From Sedimentisphaerales bacterium (GTDB lineage: Bacteria > Planctomycetota > Phycisphaerae > Sedimentisphaerales > SM23-30): a stretch of 64,000 bases of DNA. The position numbers were made by a program, and so were the translations under genes. Of this stretch, positions 1 to 10,938 are shown piece after piece. Location: the NCBI GenBank assembly GCA_963666285.1, contig OY762711.1. One strand, given 5' to 3'. The notes beneath the pieces were generated by a model, which had not been told where the DNA came from, did not search any database, and saw only the letters and a list, made by a program, of their open reading frames with translations. Position 1 is the first letter of the stretch. Each line of letters opens with the position of its first letter.

Positions 1-2818
1 TTTGCCAGTATTGCTCATCCAGTTGGTAAACATCAACGTTTTGTTTGCTTATATCGAAGTCAGCAGGCAGTATACCATACTTTTTCATTTCGCGTATGTA
101 AGCATTTCTTGGCTTAAAGTCTGGCATATCAAACCGCTTGATCTGGTCGAGCTTTTGTTTACCGGCATTAATCATAGCGAGTATTTTTTGATAGTCGCTA
201 TCATTAGTATCCTTAAATATTACCGGATGGGATTTTTCATTTTCACTGGCGTATCCTCCTGCAGTGTTTGCCAGGGGAGCCATCAGGATAATTGATTTTT
301 CCGGAATGGTGAGGTTAAACACACAATGTCGAGAAAATGTAATAGCTTTCGAGTTCAGGTCAGGCTGCCAGAAACTGATTCCACCTTCATCAGAGAGTTT
401 ATACGGCAGTCGTTTTTGACCATTATGACATTCCGAACATCGTCGGTGGATAGCGTCAGCTGCTACACCTGAGACCGGCCACTGATGATCGCTGTTGATA
501 ACCTGTGCATTTTCCAGGTAGCCACCGATCATGCCGGTGCCAAGCGAGGCGTATGTTCCAGGATAAGTTGCGGCGGACTCGATCCAGTATCTGATATAAT
601 TAATTTCCTTTTCCGAAAGTTTTGCTCCGCCATGTTCGTTCAGCGCTTTTCTCAGAAGTTTGCTGGGATAAGCCCCGATTGCATATGGCGGGTAGTTACC
701 GTACATGCGGTTACGCCCATCAGCAAACTGCCCGTAAATTGTTAGGTATGCATAGCTATGGCTAAACATTGGGCCATGGTCGCCGGTGAGCAGGATTTTT
801 CCTTTACGGTTGTCCGGGTTATGGCAGCTAACACAATGTTTATCGAGAATAGGCTGAATATCTCTCGGGAAGTCGAATACCTGCGGAATGCCTTCCAGCG
901 GCTTTGGTTTATGCGGTACCTTAGCAGCCGCTGCAACGGTTGTATGAATCGGGGACGAGGTTCTGTTTTCATGACAGCCGACACAACTGCTTGTCTCTCC
1001 GGGAGCAATCGAGGTGAAGCTGTGCATACGTTTGACAGCGTTATTATTTTCGTCCAGTGCGATAAAAAATACCGATCGGTTAGCGGGCAGCTCCATATAA
1101 GCCGACCCGTCAGGTTCCACCGGTATGGTACCGAGTATTCTTTCTAGAGTAAACGATCCGCCGTATGTCAGCGGGTCCATTCCGCCGGTATAGTTAATAG
1201 GTTTAGGGAGTGTTTCCATGACCAGTAGTTTTTTTATACTACCGTAAGCGACGTCTTTCATTTGCCGGCCAATATAAACATTAGTCAGCAGCAGTTTACC
1301 GGTGGTATCTGCCGGATTGATAAGATCAGGGATGATTCTCTCCCGCTGTCGTTTTATAACAGGTCTGGGTTCGTGTACGGAAAATTCCGGCTGATATTTT
1401 TGAGGGTCAAGGCTGAAGATGATATTAGATTTACCGGTCATATCCATTAACTGAATATTTCTACCAATACCAATAATAAAATGTTCTTTAGAAAGCGGAT
1501 AAGGATCACGATATTGAACAGAGTCGTTCAGTATTTTGATAGCAGACAAGTCGTCCGGTCCCAGCTTACTGGTTACAGTTGCAATGCGTCCGGCATGTTC
1601 ACTTATGCCGTGGCCCGGCGAATCGATCATAAGCACATCGGTTGTGCCGGGAATCGGCCTGGCATCGAGATATACTTCTCCGGGATTTTTATTGCCGAAA
1701 AATACAATCTGGTTGGTACCGTCCGGTCGCATAGACCATAAATGGTGGAAGTGGACCTGGCTGCGATCAACGTATTCCCATCGGGTATAAAGTATCCTGC
1801 CGTCCGGCAAAACTGCCGGGGTATTGTCTTGTTCGATATTGGCGGACAGCTGGTGAATATTGGTGCCGTCGCCATTACAGCGATATAAGGTTGCGACCTG
1901 GGTAAGCCAGCAGTTAACCCATCGGTTACATCGGCTGGATACGAAGATAATTTTTCCATCAGGCAGATATTCAGGTTCGAAATCATCGAAAGGGCCATAG
2001 GTAATTTGCCTGAGATTGCTGCCGTCAATATTTATCTCATACAGGTTGAAATGTTCCTGTTTGTCCTTGCGGTATGAAAACAGAATTTTCTGAGCGTCAT
2101 AATGAACAACCGGGTCCCTGACAGAGCCTGACAGGGCATCTACTAAAACGGTTACCTCGCCAGTTGATAAATTAAGTTTACAAAGCTGCCCGCCGGGTAT
2201 ATGTGGTTTTCGGTTTTCATCTTCGGAATAGTAGGCGAAATTAGCATACCAGTGAGGATCCATCCCTATTATTCTTACAGCAAAGACAATTTCATTACAT
2301 TTATATGTGTCTCTCAGAATATTCAGCTTTTGTTCCCTGGCAGCTATTTTATACTGTTCAATAGCATTATTTATCTCCGGGCTATCAAATTTAACTTCCC
2401 AGATAGAATATAGCGGATGAGGACCGTATTTCAGACAGTTAATTTTAAGGTATCTTCCGTTCGCATTGAGGTTATTGTGTGAGGAGGTCCCACCATTTCC
2501 TTCAGTCACTTTTGCGATAGTTTGCCAATTTGTCTGATTTTCAGAAATAAGTATTTCATATTCTTTGGCAAATGCAGCTTCCCAGACTATAATAATGTTG
2601 GTTACAGGCAGGGTTTTGCCAAAGTCTATGAGAAGAAAATCATTATTTCTATTAGTTTGTGAGGCCCAGCGGGTTTGCGGGTCATTATCAAAAGCGTATT
2701 CCGGGAGAAGAGTGCTGTTATAATTACTGGAAGAATTGAAACTGATCAGATCACTATAGGCCAATGATTGAAATGATGTAACGATCAGAATAAACGATAA
2801 TAATTTTACTGCCTTCAT
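1..2818 (-). CDS. Secreted F5/8 type C (discoidin) + beta-propeller/HzsA-like multiheme cytochrome c protein, 3' end outside window
   Basis: Absent from ORF track because it has no stop in the window. Hand translation from ATG at 2818 gives MKAVKLLSFILIVTSFQSLA (signal peptide), YAFDNDPQTRWAS...IDFG...WEAAFAKEYEI (discoidin), PD40-like repeats (DFEPEYLPDGKIIFVSSR, DGRILYTRWEYVDR), GTIPVEPDGSAYMELPAN...KRMHSF (HZS alpha middle-domain-like) and CVGCH, CVSCH, CSECH motifs. Confidence 0.85.
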   Translation of the reverse strand, partial: MKAVKLLSFILIVTSFQSLAYSDLISFNSSSNYNSTLLPEYAFDNDPQTRWASQTNRNNDFLLIDFGKTLPVTNIIIVWEAAFAKEYEILISENQTNWQTIAKVTEGNGGTSSHNNLNANGRYLKINCLKYGPHPLYSIWEVKFDSPEINNAIEQYKIAAREQKLNILRDTYKCNEIVFAVRIIGMDPHWYANFAYYSEDENRKPHIPGGQLCKLNLSTGEVTVLVDALSGSVRDPVVHYDAQKILFSYRKDKQEHFNLYEINIDGSNLRQITYGPFDDFEPEYLPDGKIIFVSSRCNRWVNCWLTQVATLYRCNGDGTNIHQLSANIEQDNTPAVLPDGRILYTRWEYVDRSQVHFHHLWSMRPDGTNQIVFFGNKNPGEVYLDARPIPGTTDVLMIDSPGHGISEHAGRIATVTSKLGPDDLSAIKILNDSVQYRDPYPLSKEHFIIGIGRNIQLMDMTGKSNIIFSLDPQKYQPEFSVHEPRPVIKRQRERIIPDLINPADTTGKLLLTNVYIGRQMKDVAYGSIKKLLVMETLPKPINYTGGMDPLTYGGSFTLERILGTIPVEPDGSAYMELPANRSVFFIALDENNNAVKRMHSFTSIAPGETSSCVGCHENRTSSPIHTTVAAAAKVPHKPKPLEGIPQVFDFPRDIQPILDKHCVSCHNPDNRKGKILLTGDHGPMFSHSYAYLTIYGQFADGRNRMYGNYPPYAIGAYPSKLLRKALNEHGGAKLSEKEINYIRYWIESAATYPGTYASLGTGMIGGYLENAQVINSDHQWPVSGVAADAIHRRCSECHNGQKRLPYKLSDEGGISFWQPDLNSKAITFSRHCVFNLTIPEKSIILMAPLANTAGGYASENEKSHPVIFKDTNDSDYQKILAMINAGKQKLDQIKRFDMPDFKPRNAYIREMKKYGILPADFDISKQNVDVYQLDEQYWQ

Positions 2819-2946
2819 TGCATTATCCGTATGTGTATGATTAATAAGACTTTATACGATGAAAGGCTATACAATGCCTTTTGTTCAAATGTAATAATGA
2901 TGATACAGATATCTATGGTATATGTCAATAAATGAGGTATTTTACA

Positions 2947-3157
2947 GTGCGGTATCGCACTTTTGGCTGTTCAACATTACACGCAAAGGCCAGAACAGGG
3001 CCAATTATGTGAAAAATGAATAATGAAAAGTGAAAAATTAAGGTATTCGACTATCTTTCGACCAGCTCAGGACAGGTTGTCTCGCGTTTCGTTTAAATTC
3101 AAAGTGCTGCAGAAAGGCCCTTTTAGGCGATTTACCAACTAAAAATTGCGAAAGTAA
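2947..3157 (+). repeat. Dispersed repeat family A (MITE-like), full copy
   Basis: Starts with hairpin GTGCG-GTAT-CGCAC and ends AAAAA(C/T)TGCGAAAGTAA. Similar copies at 12423, 20678, 54786. Confidence 0.8.
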
Positions 3158-3217
3158 TACATATAATATTCAATATTAATGAAAAAAATTTGACTTATTG
3201 GCTTCCGGCGGCTTATT

Positions 3218-3239
3218 AATAATAAGAACGATTATTATT
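3218..3239. promoter_or_regulatory. Putative Fur/PerR operator
   Basis: Perfect inverted repeat AATAATAA-GAACGA-TTATTATT just upstream of the Fur-family gene and downstream of a TTGACT -35-like hexamer (3190-3195). Confidence 0.6.
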
Positions 3240-3254
3240 TAGAGGTAAATAAAA

Positions 3255-3638
3255 TTGAAATATAAACACAGTAAGCAGAGAGACAGGATACTTGAGCTGC
3301 TTAATGAGACAGATGTTCACCCGACAGCAGACTGGTTGTACCAAAAACTAAAAGATGAATTTCCGAGTCTGAGTATGGGAACTGTTTACAGGAATTTAAC
3401 TATTCTTCAGGATCAGAACCTGGTTCAGAAGCTGCCTTTTGGCAGTACTCATGACCGGTATGAGGCGAAGAAGATTCCGCATTATCATCTTGTATGTGAG
3501 AAATGCGGTCGTGTTCAGGATTTTGAGATGCCTCAGTATGCGGAAATTAATGAACAGGCTCAGCAGGCGAGTGGTTTTGATATAACCAGCCACAGAATAG
3601 ATTTTTTTGGTATATGTGAAAAATGTCAGCAAGAATAG
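3255..3638 (+). CDS. perR: Fur-family transcriptional regulator, PerR-like
   Basis: HPTA..LY, TVYRNL, HYHLVCEKCG and C-terminal CEKC motifs; directly upstream of catalase. Confidence 0.8.
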   Translation: MKYKHSKQRDRILELLNETDVHPTADWLYQKLKDEFPSLSMGTVYRNLTILQDQNLVQKLPFGSTHDRYEAKKIPHYHLVCEKCGRVQDFEMPQYAEINEQAQQASGFDITSHRIDFFGICEKCQQE

Positions 3639-3721
3639 AAAATAACTTTGTGTCCCAGGCATAAAAGACAATAAAACTGAATTGTGAAACTTAATAACCT
3701 AACCGGAAGGAGTACACCTTT

Positions 3722-5179
3722 ATGAAGGATAAAAAACTTACTAACAATGTTGGAGCACCAGTAGTTGATAATCAGAACGTTATAACTGCCGGTCCGCGTG
3801 GTCCGCAAATGCTGCAGGATGTCTGGTTCCTGGAGAAGCTGGCCCATTTCGACCGCGAGGTGATCCCGGAACGTCGTATGCATGCCAAGGGATCGGGAGC
3901 TTTTGGTACTTTTACTGTTAAGCACGACATTACAAAGTATACCAAAGCGAAGATCTTTTCAGAGGTAGGAAAGAAGACGGATTTGTTTGTGCGTTTTTCA
4001 ACGGTTGCCGGTGAGCGTGGAGCTGCTGATGCAGAGAGAGACATTCGTGGATTTGCGATCAAGTTTTATACCGAGGAAGGCAACTGGGATCTGGTCGGAA
4101 ATAATACCCCGGTGTTTTTCCTGAAAGATCCGTTGAAGTTTCCGGATCTTAATCATGCGGTGAAACGCGATCCTAAAACCAATCTTCGCAGCGCAAAAAA
4201 CAACTGGGATTTCTGGACAAATCTGCCGGAAGCTCTGCACCAGGTTACGATAACAATGAGCGAGCGAGGCATACCGCTATCATATCGTCATATGAACGGA
4301 TACGGGAGTCATACATACAGTATGATCAATGCCAAGGGGGAACGGTTCTGGGTGAAATATCATTTGAAGACCCAGCAGGGAATAAAATGTCTGACCGATG
4401 AAGAAGCGACAAAAGTAATCGGCATGTGCCGTGAGAGCCATCAGCGAGATCTGTTTGACAGTATCGAAAAGGGTGAATTTCCTAAGTGGGATGTTAAGAT
4501 CCAGGTTGTGCCTGAAAAGGAAGCAGCGAACTTTCCATTTAACCCGTTTGATTTGACCAAGGTATGGCCTCATAAAGATTATCCACTAATTGATGTAGGT
4601 GTTTTGGAGCTGAATAAAAATCCGGAAAATTATTTTGCGGATGTTGAACAGGCGGCATTTAACCCGGCTAATATTGTGCCGGGACTTGGTTTTTCGCCAG
4701 ATAAAATGCTGCAGGGCAGATTGTTTTCTTATGGTGATGCCCAGCGATATCGCCTGGGAGTGAACCATCATCTTATACCGGTAAATAAGGCACGCTGCCC
4801 GGTAAATTGTTTCCATCGTGACGGTGCGATGCGGGTTGACGGTAATTATGGTGCAACGCCTGGCTATGAACCGAACAGTTATGGCGAATGGCAGGAGCAG
4901 CCGGAGCATAAAGAGCCGCCATTGGAAGTAAGCGGTGCAATCGATCACTGGAACCATCGTGAGGATAGCGATGATTATTATTCACAGCCGGGCGATCTGT
5001 TCAGACTGATGAATGCCGATCAGCAGCAGGCATTGTTTGGCAATACAGCCAGAGCGATGGGTGATGCTCCGAAAGAGGTAAAGGTTCGTCATATCGGAAA
5101 TTGCCTGAAGGCTGACCCTGCATATGGTAAGGGTGTGGCAGATGCACTTGGTATTGATCTTAGTGAAGTACCTAAATAG
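3722..5179 (+). CDS. katA: Monofunctional heme catalase (small subunit)
   Basis: [18 protein letters not shown] active-site signature and RLFSYGDAQ heme-ligand signature. Confidence 0.97.
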   Translation: MKDKKLTNNVGAPVVDNQNVITAGPRGPQMLQDVWFLEKLAHFDREVIPERRMHAKGSGAFGTFTVKHDITKYTKAKIFSEVGKKTDLFVRFSTVAGERGAADAERDIRGFAIKFYTEEGNWDLVGNNTPVFFLKDPLKFPDLNHAVKRDPKTNLRSAKNNWDFWTNLPEALHQVTITMSERGIPLSYRHMNGYGSHTYSMINAKGERFWVKYHLKTQQGIKCLTDEEATKVIGMCRESHQRDLFDSIEKGEFPKWDVKIQVVPEKEAANFPFNPFDLTKVWPHKDYPLIDVGVLELNKNPENYFADVEQAAFNPANIVPGLGFSPDKMLQGRLFSYGDAQRYRLGVNHHLIPVNKARCPVNCFHRDGAMRVDGNYGATPGYEPNSYGEWQEQPEHKEPPLEVSGAIDHWNHREDSDDYYSQPGDLFRLMNADQQQALFGNTARAMGDAPKEVKVRHIGNCLKADPAYGKGVADALGIDLSEVPK

Positions 5180-5206
5180 CTCAAACCGGCCAATGGTCAG
5201 TTTGAA
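5180..5206. repeat. 27-bp palindromic repeat (family D), degenerate copy
   Basis: CTCAAACCGGCCAATGGTCAGTTTGAA; compare perfect copy at 39451-39477. Confidence 0.65.
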
Positions 5207-5250
5207 TAATGAAACCACTAACGCTGGGAATATATAGTGTACCTCAGTAA

Positions 5251-5420
5251 TTAAGACTACCTCTAAAAATTCATTTTGTGCTGCGAACAAGCACTTTTGT
5301 CTGCTGGACTGCGTCACATAAAACCGTAAATATCGTCAAATATGCACGATTTTATGTTTCTTGCCAGCAAACAAAATATCTAGTTCTCGCAGCAAAAGCA
5401 ATTTCTAGAGGCACCCTTAA
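5251..5420 (+). mobile_element. MITE-like element family B with terminal inverted repeats
   Basis: Left end TTAAGACTACCTCTAAAAATT and right end AATTTCTAGAGGCACCCTTAA are imperfect inverted repeats. Internal sequence matches 18470-18635. Confidence 0.7.
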
Positions 5421-5492
5421 GAAATACGTTTGAGTGTTTGATATGTAAAAATATAATATCCAGTACTCAATGGGTATCTTAATACGTGAGGT

Positions 5493-5525
5493 AAAAGGAG
5501 CTGTTTTGATAGCAGCTCCTTTTTT
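5493..5525. terminator. Intrinsic terminator after katA (possibly bidirectional)
   Basis: AAAAGGAGCTG-TTTTGATAG-CAGCTCCTTTTTTT. Confidence 0.75.
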
Positions 5526-5769
5526 CATGATGTGATTTATTCGCGGGGAGATGGTTGGTGTTTTAGAAAAATGAAATTAATTATTGCTGTATTATGTTTT
5601 TCAATAAAGGAGGAAGTATTCTGAAGTCAAAAGGCAGTTAAGTCAAAGCTTTGCCGGTTCATTATGATCCGCAGGAATTTATAATCGCTGCAGGGAGGTC
5701 CATTTATGCATTTTTTGCAACTTAAAAACTGCGAAAGTAAACTCTTGATTAAAATATTTAATCAAACAT

Positions 5770-7137
5770 CTATTCTACTTCCTTTAGCAGTCTCTTTGCC
5801 TGTCCGATCATATAAAACGGCAGAGACACTAATTGGTATTTTTTCTTTTCCTGATCTTTAATATTGGATTCCGCTTCGACAATTGACGGCAGATCAGAGT
5901 TAAGCCTCAATGCCAGTTTTGTATTTTTTTGAGCGACAAATACCTGAAGAGATTTTAAGCTTCCGGTTGTTCCGGCTTTAACCTCAACGGGAATAATATT
6001 TGAACCTTGTTGTATTACATAATCGATTTCCGATGATGTCCCGGTTTTCTGCCGCATCCAGCAGTGTAATTCCGGCCTTTGGTAAAAAGGAAAGTCATAT
6101 AATAGATGCTGACCGACAAATTGTTCGCATATTGCCCCGGAGTTTACCAAGGATAAATCATTAATATCGATAATATCTGTAATATCTAAATTGCAGGATT
6201 TACACAAAAGTCCAACATCTAAAAACAAAGTTTTAAAGCGTTTATAATTTATTTCTGCGCCAAGAGGGATTCCATTTGCATTTGTGTGGTATATGCGATT
6301 TATAACTTTTGCCAGCTCTAAATTATTAAGAGCATCAGATAAGATGCGGCTATTTATGTCTCTATCAATATTTACATATTTAATTTTTTGTCCTACAAGC
6401 AAAGGAATTTTAGTAAATACTTTTTGCATTAAAACAGTATCAATTTTTTTTCCATATTTATTAAAATCATCGATGTAGTTGGTAAGTATTGATTCTAATA
6501 TCTTATTGACTTCAAAGTATGATTCTGTTTGAGCAAAATTTGCTACGGCTTCCGGCATGCCGCCAATAATGCAATATTTTCTAAATTCTTCTATCAGCAT
6601 TTGATGGGCCGGTTCAAACCATTTATTACCAAATGAGAAATTATGCAAATGTTCCAGTGTAATTTCATTATTGGTAGCGAGTAAATATTCTTCGAATGTC
6701 ATCGGGCCAAGGTGCAGGTATTCGATCCTGCCGACCGGCATAGAAAAGTCATGTTCAGCCAAAACGAAATCAAGCAGTGAACCAGCGGCAATTATATGAA
6801 GTTCCGGCAATTGCTCATAAAAATATCGTAATTTTGCTAAAACGATTGGTAATGCCTGTATTTCATCCAGGAATAAAAGAGTTTTACCCGGAATGATTCT
6901 TTGTTTGAATTTGGTCTGCAGGAAGTCGATTGTCTCTTTTGGCTGCAGATCTTTAAAACAATTGTGAACACCGATATCGTTTTCAAAATTGACTTCGATG
7001 AGATTATCAAAATTACTATTTCCAAAAAGCCTGGCAAGATAAGATTTTCCTACCTGTCTGGCACCTCGGATTACGATTGGCTTTCGATTGGAAGAATCTT
7101 TCCAATCATTAAGGTATTTAAGTGCTTGTCTTTTCAT
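5770..7137 (-). CDS. AAA+ ATPase with C-terminal DUF4143-type nuclease-like domain
   Basis: Walker A GARQVGKS, Walker B LFLDEIQ, GGMPE, C-terminal EIDYV...IPVEVK. Confidence 0.9.
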   Translation of the reverse strand: MKRQALKYLNDWKDSSNRKPIVIRGARQVGKSYLARLFGNSNFDNLIEVNFENDIGVHNCFKDLQPKETIDFLQTKFKQRIIPGKTLLFLDEIQALPIVLAKLRYFYEQLPELHIIAAGSLLDFVLAEHDFSMPVGRIEYLHLGPMTFEEYLLATNNEITLEHLHNFSFGNKWFEPAHQMLIEEFRKYCIIGGMPEAVANFAQTESYFEVNKILESILTNYIDDFNKYGKKIDTVLMQKVFTKIPLLVGQKIKYVNIDRDINSRILSDALNNLELAKVINRIYHTNANGIPLGAEINYKRFKTLFLDVGLLCKSCNLDITDIIDINDLSLVNSGAICEQFVGQHLLYDFPFYQRPELHCWMRQKTGTSSEIDYVIQQGSNIIPVEVKAGTTGSLKSLQVFVAQKNTKLALRLNSDLPSIVEAESNIKDQEKKKYQLVSLPFYMIGQAKRLLKEVE

Positions 7138-7191
7138 AGCTTAAGTTTTATGTGGATTGAAATTACTTATTAATATTTATATATGAATTAT

Positions 7192-7274
7192 AAAACATGC
7201 TATTGTTTCTGTCAAGTATTGTTGAAAACATGCTATTGTTTTTGTTAAACTATAAATAAAACACCCTATTGTTT
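7192..7274. repeat. Three 17-bp quasi-palindromic repeats at 33-bp period
   Basis: AAAACATGCTATTGTTT at 7192 and 7225; AAAACACCCTATTGTTT at 7258. Confidence 0.8.
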
Positions 7275-7395
7275 TAGCAAATATACTGAATTTATCGGTA
7301 ATATTATTGTCAATCTTTTATTTAGTAACAGGGTTTTCAGCATGTTTTGTTTGTGATATAATTATGGGACAATAACTCATTAGAAAGGATGCAGA

Positions 7396-10300
7396 ATGAG
7401 CGCTAACAGCTTTACTCATTTACATTTACATACAGAATACAGTCTGCTGGACGGCGGCTGCGGCATCAAGAAGCTGGTAAAGCATTGTAAAGAGCTGGGT
7501 ATGGAAAACCTGGCGATAACCGATCATGGCAACATGTTTGGTGCTACCAGTTTTTACAGTGCCGCCAGAGGAGCCGGGATTAAGCCTATTGTTGGTATTG
7601 AGGCGTATATCGCGCCTGGCAGCCGATTTGAAAAAGACAGTAAGGGTATGTCGGAGGCCAGTTATCATTTATGTTTGCTGGCGGAAAATTTAACGGGATA
7701 TAAAAACCTGCTGAAACTGGCTACGATAGGCTATACCGAAGGTTTCTATTATAAGCCTCGAATCGATAAAGAAATACTGGCCGAGCTGAAAGAAGGTCTT
7801 ATCTGTACCTCTGCTTGCCTGGGCGGTGAGATACCAAGCCTGATTAATCAGGAGCGGTTTGACGAAGCCCGTGAATCAGCCGAATGGTATTTGAAGACAT
7901 TCGGCGAAGAGCGTTTTTATATAGAGATCCAATGGCATTGCGAAGATCAGAACCGGGTAACGCCGCATTTGGTAGAACTTGCCAATAAGATTGGTGCCCC
8001 GCTGGTGGCGACCAATGATGTTCACTTTCTGAAGAAAGAAGACTACCGGGCACATCAGGCGCTGACGTGTTTGAGCACGGGTAAGACGATGGACGATCCT
8101 AAAAAGATGGTCTATCCGACCGAGCTGTATTTGCGTCCGGCGGAAGAGATGCGAGAGACATTTGCCCGCTGGCCGGAAGCGTGTGACAATACGATGAAGA
8201 TCGCCGAGATGTGTAATCTTGAGCTGGACTTTTCGACCCAGCATGCCCCGGTATATAAATGCCCGGACAAGATGACCGCGGATCAGTATTTACGCAAACT
8301 TTGTGAGGAAGGGCTGCGCAAACGGTTTGGCGAGATTAATGAAGAGCGTCAGGCGAGACTTGACCATGAGCTGAAAGTTATCAGTGACAAAAACTTTTCC
8401 GGCTACTTTATTATTGTATGGGACTTTGTAAATTTTGCCCGCCGTAATAATATCCCGGCGAACCCGCGTGGTTCCGGTGTCGGTACTCTGGTTGGTTATG
8501 CCCTGGAGATTACCAATGTTGACCCGATGCGATACGGTTTGCTGTTCGAACGATTTATGGACCCAGAGCGAAACGAGATGCCCGATATCGATATCGATAT
8601 CTGTCAGAACGGTCGTCAGCGGGTAATCGAATACGTACAGAAAAAATACGGTCACGTCGCCCAGATCACAACCTTTGGTACGTTAAAGGCCAAGGGAGTA
8701 ATGCGTGATGTATGCCGGGTATTGAATATACCGCTTGATGAGGCGGACAAACTTGCCAAGCTGATACCGGATGATCTGAAGATGACGCTGGATAAGGCCT
8801 TGGAGCAGGAGCCGGAGCTGCGCGAATGGTGTGAGCGTGACCCGAAGGTAAAAGATGCCTTTAATATAGGCCGCACGTTGGAAGGTCTTACCCGCCATTG
8901 TTCGGTGCATGCCTGTGCGGTGGTGATTGCCGATGAGCCGTTGACGAATTTCCTGCCGCTGTATAAAGCCACCGGCAGTGACGATTTGATCACCCAGTTT
9001 GAAGGTCCGTTGGTCGAGCAGGCCGGTCTGTTGAAGATGGACTTTTTGGGTTTGCGAACCTTAACTATTGTAGACCGTGCATGTAAACTGATCAGGGAAA
9101 ACAAGGGTAAGGACATCGAAGTTTACCGCGATATCGACCTGACAGATAAGGAAACGTTGAATCTGTTCTGCCGCGGTAAGACAAAAGGAGTGTTCCAGTT
9201 TGAATCAGGCGGAATGCAGGATCTGCTGCAGAATATGAGACCTGACCGGGTGGAAGATCTAATCGCGGCAAACGCGCTGTACCGTCCGGGGCCAATGTCA
9301 TTGATTCCTGATTATAATGCTCGTAAACATGGCCAGGAGTGGGATGCCCCGCACCCGATTATGCGTGAACTGCTGGAAGAGACCTATGGTATTATGATTT
9401 ACCAGGAACAGGTCATGCAGATTCTTAACCAGCTGGGCGGGCTGCCGCTTGGTCGTTCCTATCGTTTGATCAAGGCTATCGGTAAGAAGAAGGAAGATAT
9501 TATTAATGCCGAGAGCGCCGCTTTTGTCGAAGGTTGTGTCGCAAAGGGAATCGACGAGAAAAAAGGATGGGAACTGTTTGAGCTGATCCAGAAATTTGCG
9601 GGTTATGGTTTCAATAAGAGCCATTCGACCCAGTATGCGATCCTTGCTTTCCAGACTGCCTGGCTGAAGACTCATTATCCGACCGAGTTTATGGCGGCAT
9701 TGCTGACATTTGAATCCGGTTCGATCGAAAAGGTTGCTGAATATATTGACGAGGCCAAGAATATCGGCATAGATATTATGCCACCGGATATAAACGAGAG
9801 TAATGTTGACTTTACCCCGGTATATGACATGCCGGAAGGTGAGCGTAAAAAGGAATATGATGATGCCGGCAAGCTGGTCGGCGAGCATATCCGCTTTGGT
9901 TTGGGCGCGATCAAGGGGCTGGGCGAACGAGCGGTAGAAGAGATAATGAGATCTCGAACAGAGCACGGTCAGTTCACAAATATTTACGATTTGTGTCAGA
10001 ATATCGATCTGCGTACGGTTAATAAATCTTCGCTGGATGCTTTGATCAAAGCGGGTGCTCTTGACAGCCTGGGCGGCAGCCGAGCCCAGCATCTTGCGGT
10101 TCTCGAGGAAGCGATTTCAGTTGGCAACAGGATGCAGAAGGACAAGCTGGCCGGCCAGATGAATCTGTTTGGTGCATTCGATGAAGCCGAGCAGCAGGTA
10201 AGTGAAGATTCATATGTACTACCGGACGTTCGGCCGATACCAAAGCCGCAGCTGCTCCAGTTTGAAAAGGAAGTGCTGGGCATGTATGTAACCGAGCATC

Positions 10301-10893
10301 CGCTGGCAGAGTATGCCGAGACGATCCATGACTATAGTACCGCCCATACCAATACCTTGATCGATTTCCCGGAAGGCTCAGAGATAATGATCGGCGGTAT
10401 GATAAATTCTGTTCGTCCGTGTGTTGTTAAGAAAGGCAAGTCAGCCGGCAGCAAGATGGCGATGTTTACGCTCGAAGATGTAAACGGCAAAGTTGACGGT
10501 GTTATCTTTCCGAGCGATTATGCCCTGCATGGTTTTTTGATAGAAAAAGATAAGATGGTGTTTATCCGCGGCAAAGTCGACAAGCGTCGTGAGCAGCCAA
10601 GTATAGTTGTCAACCAGGTATTTGACATGACTCGTGCCGAGGAAGAGCTGACCCATGAGGTTCGTCTGAATATTGATAAGGATATGCTGAACCATAATAT
10701 AATCAGCCAGTTCAAGACAGTTTGTGCGGCACATCGCGGCCGGACGCCGGTATTTGTCTCGCTTCGTTCGCATAATAATATGCGGGTGACAATCCAGACC
10801 GAACATGGCGTTAAACCGGATGTCGATTTCAGGCGTAAGGTAACGAATATGTTTGGCCATGAGAATCTGAAATTGACAGGCCCGGGAGTTTGA
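7396..10893 (+). CDS. dnaE: DNA polymerase III alpha subunit
   Basis: PHP domain HLHLHTEYSLLDG, catalytic PDIDID, GLLKMDFLGL, FNKSHS, C-terminal OB fold. Confidence 0.98.
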   Translation: MSANSFTHLHLHTEYSLLDGGCGIKKLVKHCKELGMENLAITDHGNMFGATSFYSAARGAGIKPIVGIEAYIAPGSRFEKDSKGMSEASYHLCLLAENLTGYKNLLKLATIGYTEGFYYKPRIDKEILAELKEGLICTSACLGGEIPSLINQERFDEARESAEWYLKTFGEERFYIEIQWHCEDQNRVTPHLVELANKIGAPLVATNDVHFLKKEDYRAHQALTCLSTGKTMDDPKKMVYPTELYLRPAEEMRETFARWPEACDNTMKIAEMCNLELDFSTQHAPVYKCPDKMTADQYLRKLCEEGLRKRFGEINEERQARLDHELKVISDKNFSGYFIIVWDFVNFARRNNIPANPRGSGVGTLVGYALEITNVDPMRYGLLFERFMDPERNEMPDIDIDICQNGRQRVIEYVQKKYGHVAQITTFGTLKAKGVMRDVCRVLNIPLDEADKLAKLIPDDLKMTLDKALEQEPELREWCERDPKVKDAFNIGRTLEGLTRHCSVHACAVVIADEPLTNFLPLYKATGSDDLITQFEGPLVEQAGLLKMDFLGLRTLTIVDRACKLIRENKGKDIEVYRDIDLTDKETLNLFCRGKTKGVFQFESGGMQDLLQNMRPDRVEDLIAANALYRPGPMSLIPDYNARKHGQEWDAPHPIMRELLEETYGIMIYQEQVMQILNQLGGLPLGRSYRLIKAIGKKKEDIINAESAAFVEGCVAKGIDEKKGWELFELIQKFAGYGFNKSHSTQYAILAFQTAWLKTHYPTEFMAALLTFESGSIEKVAEYIDEAKNIGIDIMPPDINESNVDFTPVYDMPEGERKKEYDDAGKLVGEHIRFGLGAIKGLGERAVEEIMRSRTEHGQFTNIYDLCQNIDLRTVNKSSLDALIKAGALDSLGGSRAQHLAVLEEAISVGNRMQKDKLAGQMNLFGAFDEAEQQVSEDSYVLPDVRPIPKPQLLQFEKEVLGMYVTEHPLAEYAETIHDYSTAHTNTLIDFPEGSEIMIGGMINSVRPCVVKKGKSAGSKMAMFTLEDVNGKVDGVIFPSDYALHGFLIEKDKMVFIRGKVDKRREQPSIVVNQVFDMTRAEEELTHEVRLNIDKDMLNHNIISQFKTVCAAHRGRTPVFVSLRSHNNMRVTIQTEHGVKPDVDFRRKVTNMFGHENLKLTGPGV

Positions 10894-10938
10894 TGGATGT
10901 ACTAAATATTATCTGTTATTATTTTTGATAGAATATAA

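Noticed and set aside
2..2413. Many short ORFs in the track at 2-2413
   Set aside because: They are shadows of the long minus-strand gene 1..2818.
1..2818. Evidence for anammox metabolism
   Set aside because: Only an HzsA-like domain fused to a discoidin domain; no hzsB/hzsC or hydrazine dehydrogenase in the window.
7396..10893. Intein or split in dnaE
   Set aside because: Normal length and no intein motifs; only a short charged insertion before IRFGL.
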